Below the pieces are notes generated by a model. It saw only the letters and a program-made list of their open reading frames with translations. It had not been told where the DNA came from and did no database searches. 64,000 nucleotides of DNA from NCBI GenBank assembly GCA_937127245.1, contig CAKZLU010000017.1, forward strand, positions 3,452 to 67,451. The letters run 5' to 3'. The position numbers were made by a program, and so were the translations under genes. This DNA comes from an uncultured Actinomycetes bacterium (lineage in GTDB: Bacteria; Actinomycetota; Geothermincolia; Fen-727; JACVIW01). This document shows positions 62,402 to 64,000 of the stretch, in pieces (the first letter of the stretch is position 1; each line of letters begins with the position of its first letter).

Positions 62402-63793
62402 ATGGATACTACGCTTAAAAGACAACTTGACAGGATATTCAAGCCCCGCTCAGTCGCCGTGATGGGGGTTTCCTCACGGATTGATAACCCCGGCACGCTA
62501 CTGCTCAGATCGCTAATGGACATGGAGTTTTCAGGACCGCTTTACCCCGTAAATCCAAAATACGACGAAATACTCGGCTTGAAATGCTACCCGTCGGTTA
62601 GCGAAATCCCGCAGCCACCCGACCTCGTGATTCTTTCCATTCCCCCAAAAGCGGTTCCAGCCGCGCTTGAAGACTGTGCGCGCGCCGGGGTCACGGGCTG
62701 CATCGTCAACACGGCAGGTTTCTCGGAGCTGGGAACATCAGAGGGTCTTGAACTTGAGAGAAAGGTCAGAAAAGTACTCGAAAGGACTGGGATCCGAATA
62801 ATCGGTCCCAACTGCATGGGAGTTTACTCGTCAAAGGGCAGGCTTGCCACTTTTGCCGGACAAAAATCTTCGGATGGAAAAATAGGCTGCATATCCCAGA
62901 GCGGCTCAATCGTGAACTTCCTCTACATTCTCGGGCTTGAAAGGGGAATCCAATTTTCCAAGATGGTTTCGAGCGGAAACGAGCTCGACTTAAACTGCAC
63001 CGATTTTCTCGAGTATTTCGCGGAAGATGATGAGGTGGAGATAATTGTCTCCTATTTCGAGCAAATACGAGACCCGAGGCGCTTTCTGAAAATCGCGCTC
63101 GAATTGAAAGGGAAAAAGCCACTCTTAATCTGGAAGGCAGGGCTTACCGAAAGGGGAAGGAAAGCCGCGGCCTCCCATACCGGAGCGATGGCGGGAAGCC
63201 CCCAAATATGGGAAGCGGTGAGAAAACAAGCCGGGATCGTAAGCGTCTCGGATCTTGCGGACGCGATAAACATCACAGCCATGTTCGCGCATTTAAGAAA
63301 GCCGCGCGGAAGGAAGGTATGCGTGATAAGCCCGCCGGGGGGAGTTGCCGTCAATACGGCTGACATGGTCGAACAAAGCGGTCTTGTAATGGCCGACCTC
63401 TCGCAAGAGACAATCGCAAATCTCCGAGAGATCCTGCCGAAAGAAGGAACCGCCGTTGGCAACCCGGTGGATATGGGATTTGGGTCGGTCGTGCCGGAGA
63501 ACTTATACAGGGTGACAAGAGCAGTAGCGGATGACGAAAGCACGGATATCATTCTCATAGTCGGCAGCGCCCCCGCTTCGAGGGACGGAGATCTCGGACT
63601 AATGAAGATGCAATCATCCGAGATCAAAAGGGCGAAAAACGAAATTGAAAAGCCGATTGTCGCGGTCGGGATACCGAGCGGTTTCGCGTTTCCATTCATA
63701 TCGGACCTCAGCTGGTCGAAAATACCTGTTTACATGTCCCCGAAAGAGGCGTGTTCATCGCTTGCGCGGCTTGTGGATTACTACGGGGTTTAG
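62402..63793 (+). CDS. ADP-forming acetyl-CoA synthetase (acetate--CoA ligase family), alpha subunit / CoA-binding plus ligase-CoA domains
   Basis: CoA-binding N-terminus (RSVAVMGVS...LYPVNPKYDEILGLKCYPS), followed by a succinyl-CoA synthetase-like ligase domain. Confidence 0.75.
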   Translation: MDTTLKRQLDRIFKPRSVAVMGVSSRIDNPGTLLLRSLMDMEFSGPLYPVNPKYDEILGLKCYPSVSEIPQPPDLVILSIPPKAVPAALEDCARAGVTGCIVNTAGFSELGTSEGLELERKVRKVLERTGIRIIGPNCMGVYSSKGRLATFAGQKSSDGKIGCISQSGSIVNFLYILGLERGIQFSKMVSSGNELDLNCTDFLEYFAEDDEVEIIVSYFEQIRDPRRFLKIALELKGKKPLLIWKAGLTERGRKAAASHTGAMAGSPQIWEAVRKQAGIVSVSDLADAINITAMFAHLRKPRGRKVCVISPPGGVAVNTADMVEQSGLVMADLSQETIANLREILPKEGTAVGNPVDMGFGSVVPENLYRVTRAVADDESTDIILIVGSAPASRDGDLGLMKMQSSEIKRAKNEIEKPIVAVGIPSGFAFPFISDLSWSKIPVYMSPKEACSSLARLVDYYGV

Positions 63794-64000
63794 TCCAAAC
63801 GAGGCAAGTGCCGCAAACCGTCTATAAACCGTCTATAAAAAGCGAAAATCTCATGACCTTCGCAAGGGGGAGACCCCTTTTCCCTATTCTCAGGCAAAGT
63901 TGAGATAAGTCATGGGATTGCGGCAAAGACAAGCGGAAAATAAAAAAGAAATAGATGGCTCAAAAACGGGTTGTAAGAATTCTCGTGATCGATGTGAAAA

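Noticed and set aside
63052-63699. 215-aa ORF on the minus strand
   Set aside because: It is antisense to the acetyl-CoA synthetase gene.

Overview
This 64 kb window looks like a high-GC (~55-60%) contig from an uncultivated prokaryote; no rRNA or tRNA genes were recognised. It mixes ordinary metabolic genes with an accessory-looking secreted-protein region and several lower-GC gene islands.

Intact metabolic genes:
- an M20 peptidase followed by a GlcD/GlcF/GlcE-like cluster (FAD oxidase, Fe-S CCG protein, FAD oxidase);
- a short-chain dehydrogenase (SDR) and an enoyl-CoA hydratase;
- a fatty-acid beta-oxidation cluster of acyl-CoA dehydrogenase, enoyl-CoA hydratase, 3-hydroxyacyl-CoA dehydrogenase and a PaaI thioesterase;
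- a CoA-binding protein, a phosphoglucomutase/phosphomannomutase, a SAM methyltransferase and a sugar phosphate isomerase;
- GPH-type and OFA-type MFS transporters, a NIPA-like transporter, a 4Fe-4S protein, a FAD-dependent oxidoreductase and an ADP-forming acetyl-CoA synthetase alpha subunit.

Secreted-protein region:
- an intact 1147-aa S8 subtilase;
- a second subtilase interrupted by an in-frame TAG in its propeptide;
- a third subtilase copy degraded by several frameshifts;
- a 890-aa secreted beta-propeller/TIG protein; this and the intact subtilase each end in four copies of a ~100-aa repeat with a YLAEGTT...NPN motif.

Most interesting candidates:
1. A monocistronic 364-aa gene in a lower-GC stretch fuses an N-terminal EVE (PUA-like, modified-base-reader) domain to an uncharacterised C-terminal domain with an acidic FEVEHT motif. 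It is a candidate modification-dependent (type IV-like) restriction enzyme. Beside it, a [conserved upstream element + two-TM membrane protein] module is duplicated in tandem.
2. A translationally coupled pair consisting of a YbjN/T3SS-chaperone-like protein and a 353-aa protein with a C-terminal HEPN-like R-x4-H motif, followed by a GNAT acetyltransferase, in a lower-GC region.
3. At least ten genes carry frameshifts or in-frame stops while neighbouring multi-kb ORFs are intact. The disrupted genes are an SRPBCC protein, a TetR regulator, a beta-lactamase-fold hydrolase, an SDR, a subtilase, a transglutaminase-like protein, a radical SAM protein, an MBL-fold hydrolase, a glycoside hydrolase and the second subtilase. 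This is either real gene decay or localised assembly indel errors.

Other features: a ~10-copy 15-bp tandem repeat array, a CRISPR-like repeat/spacer/repeat triplet with no cas genes, two membrane proteins sharing a pseudopilin-like C-terminal motif upstream of an ABC-2 exporter, and a duplicated fragment of the 3' end of the 3-hydroxyacyl-CoA dehydrogenase gene.
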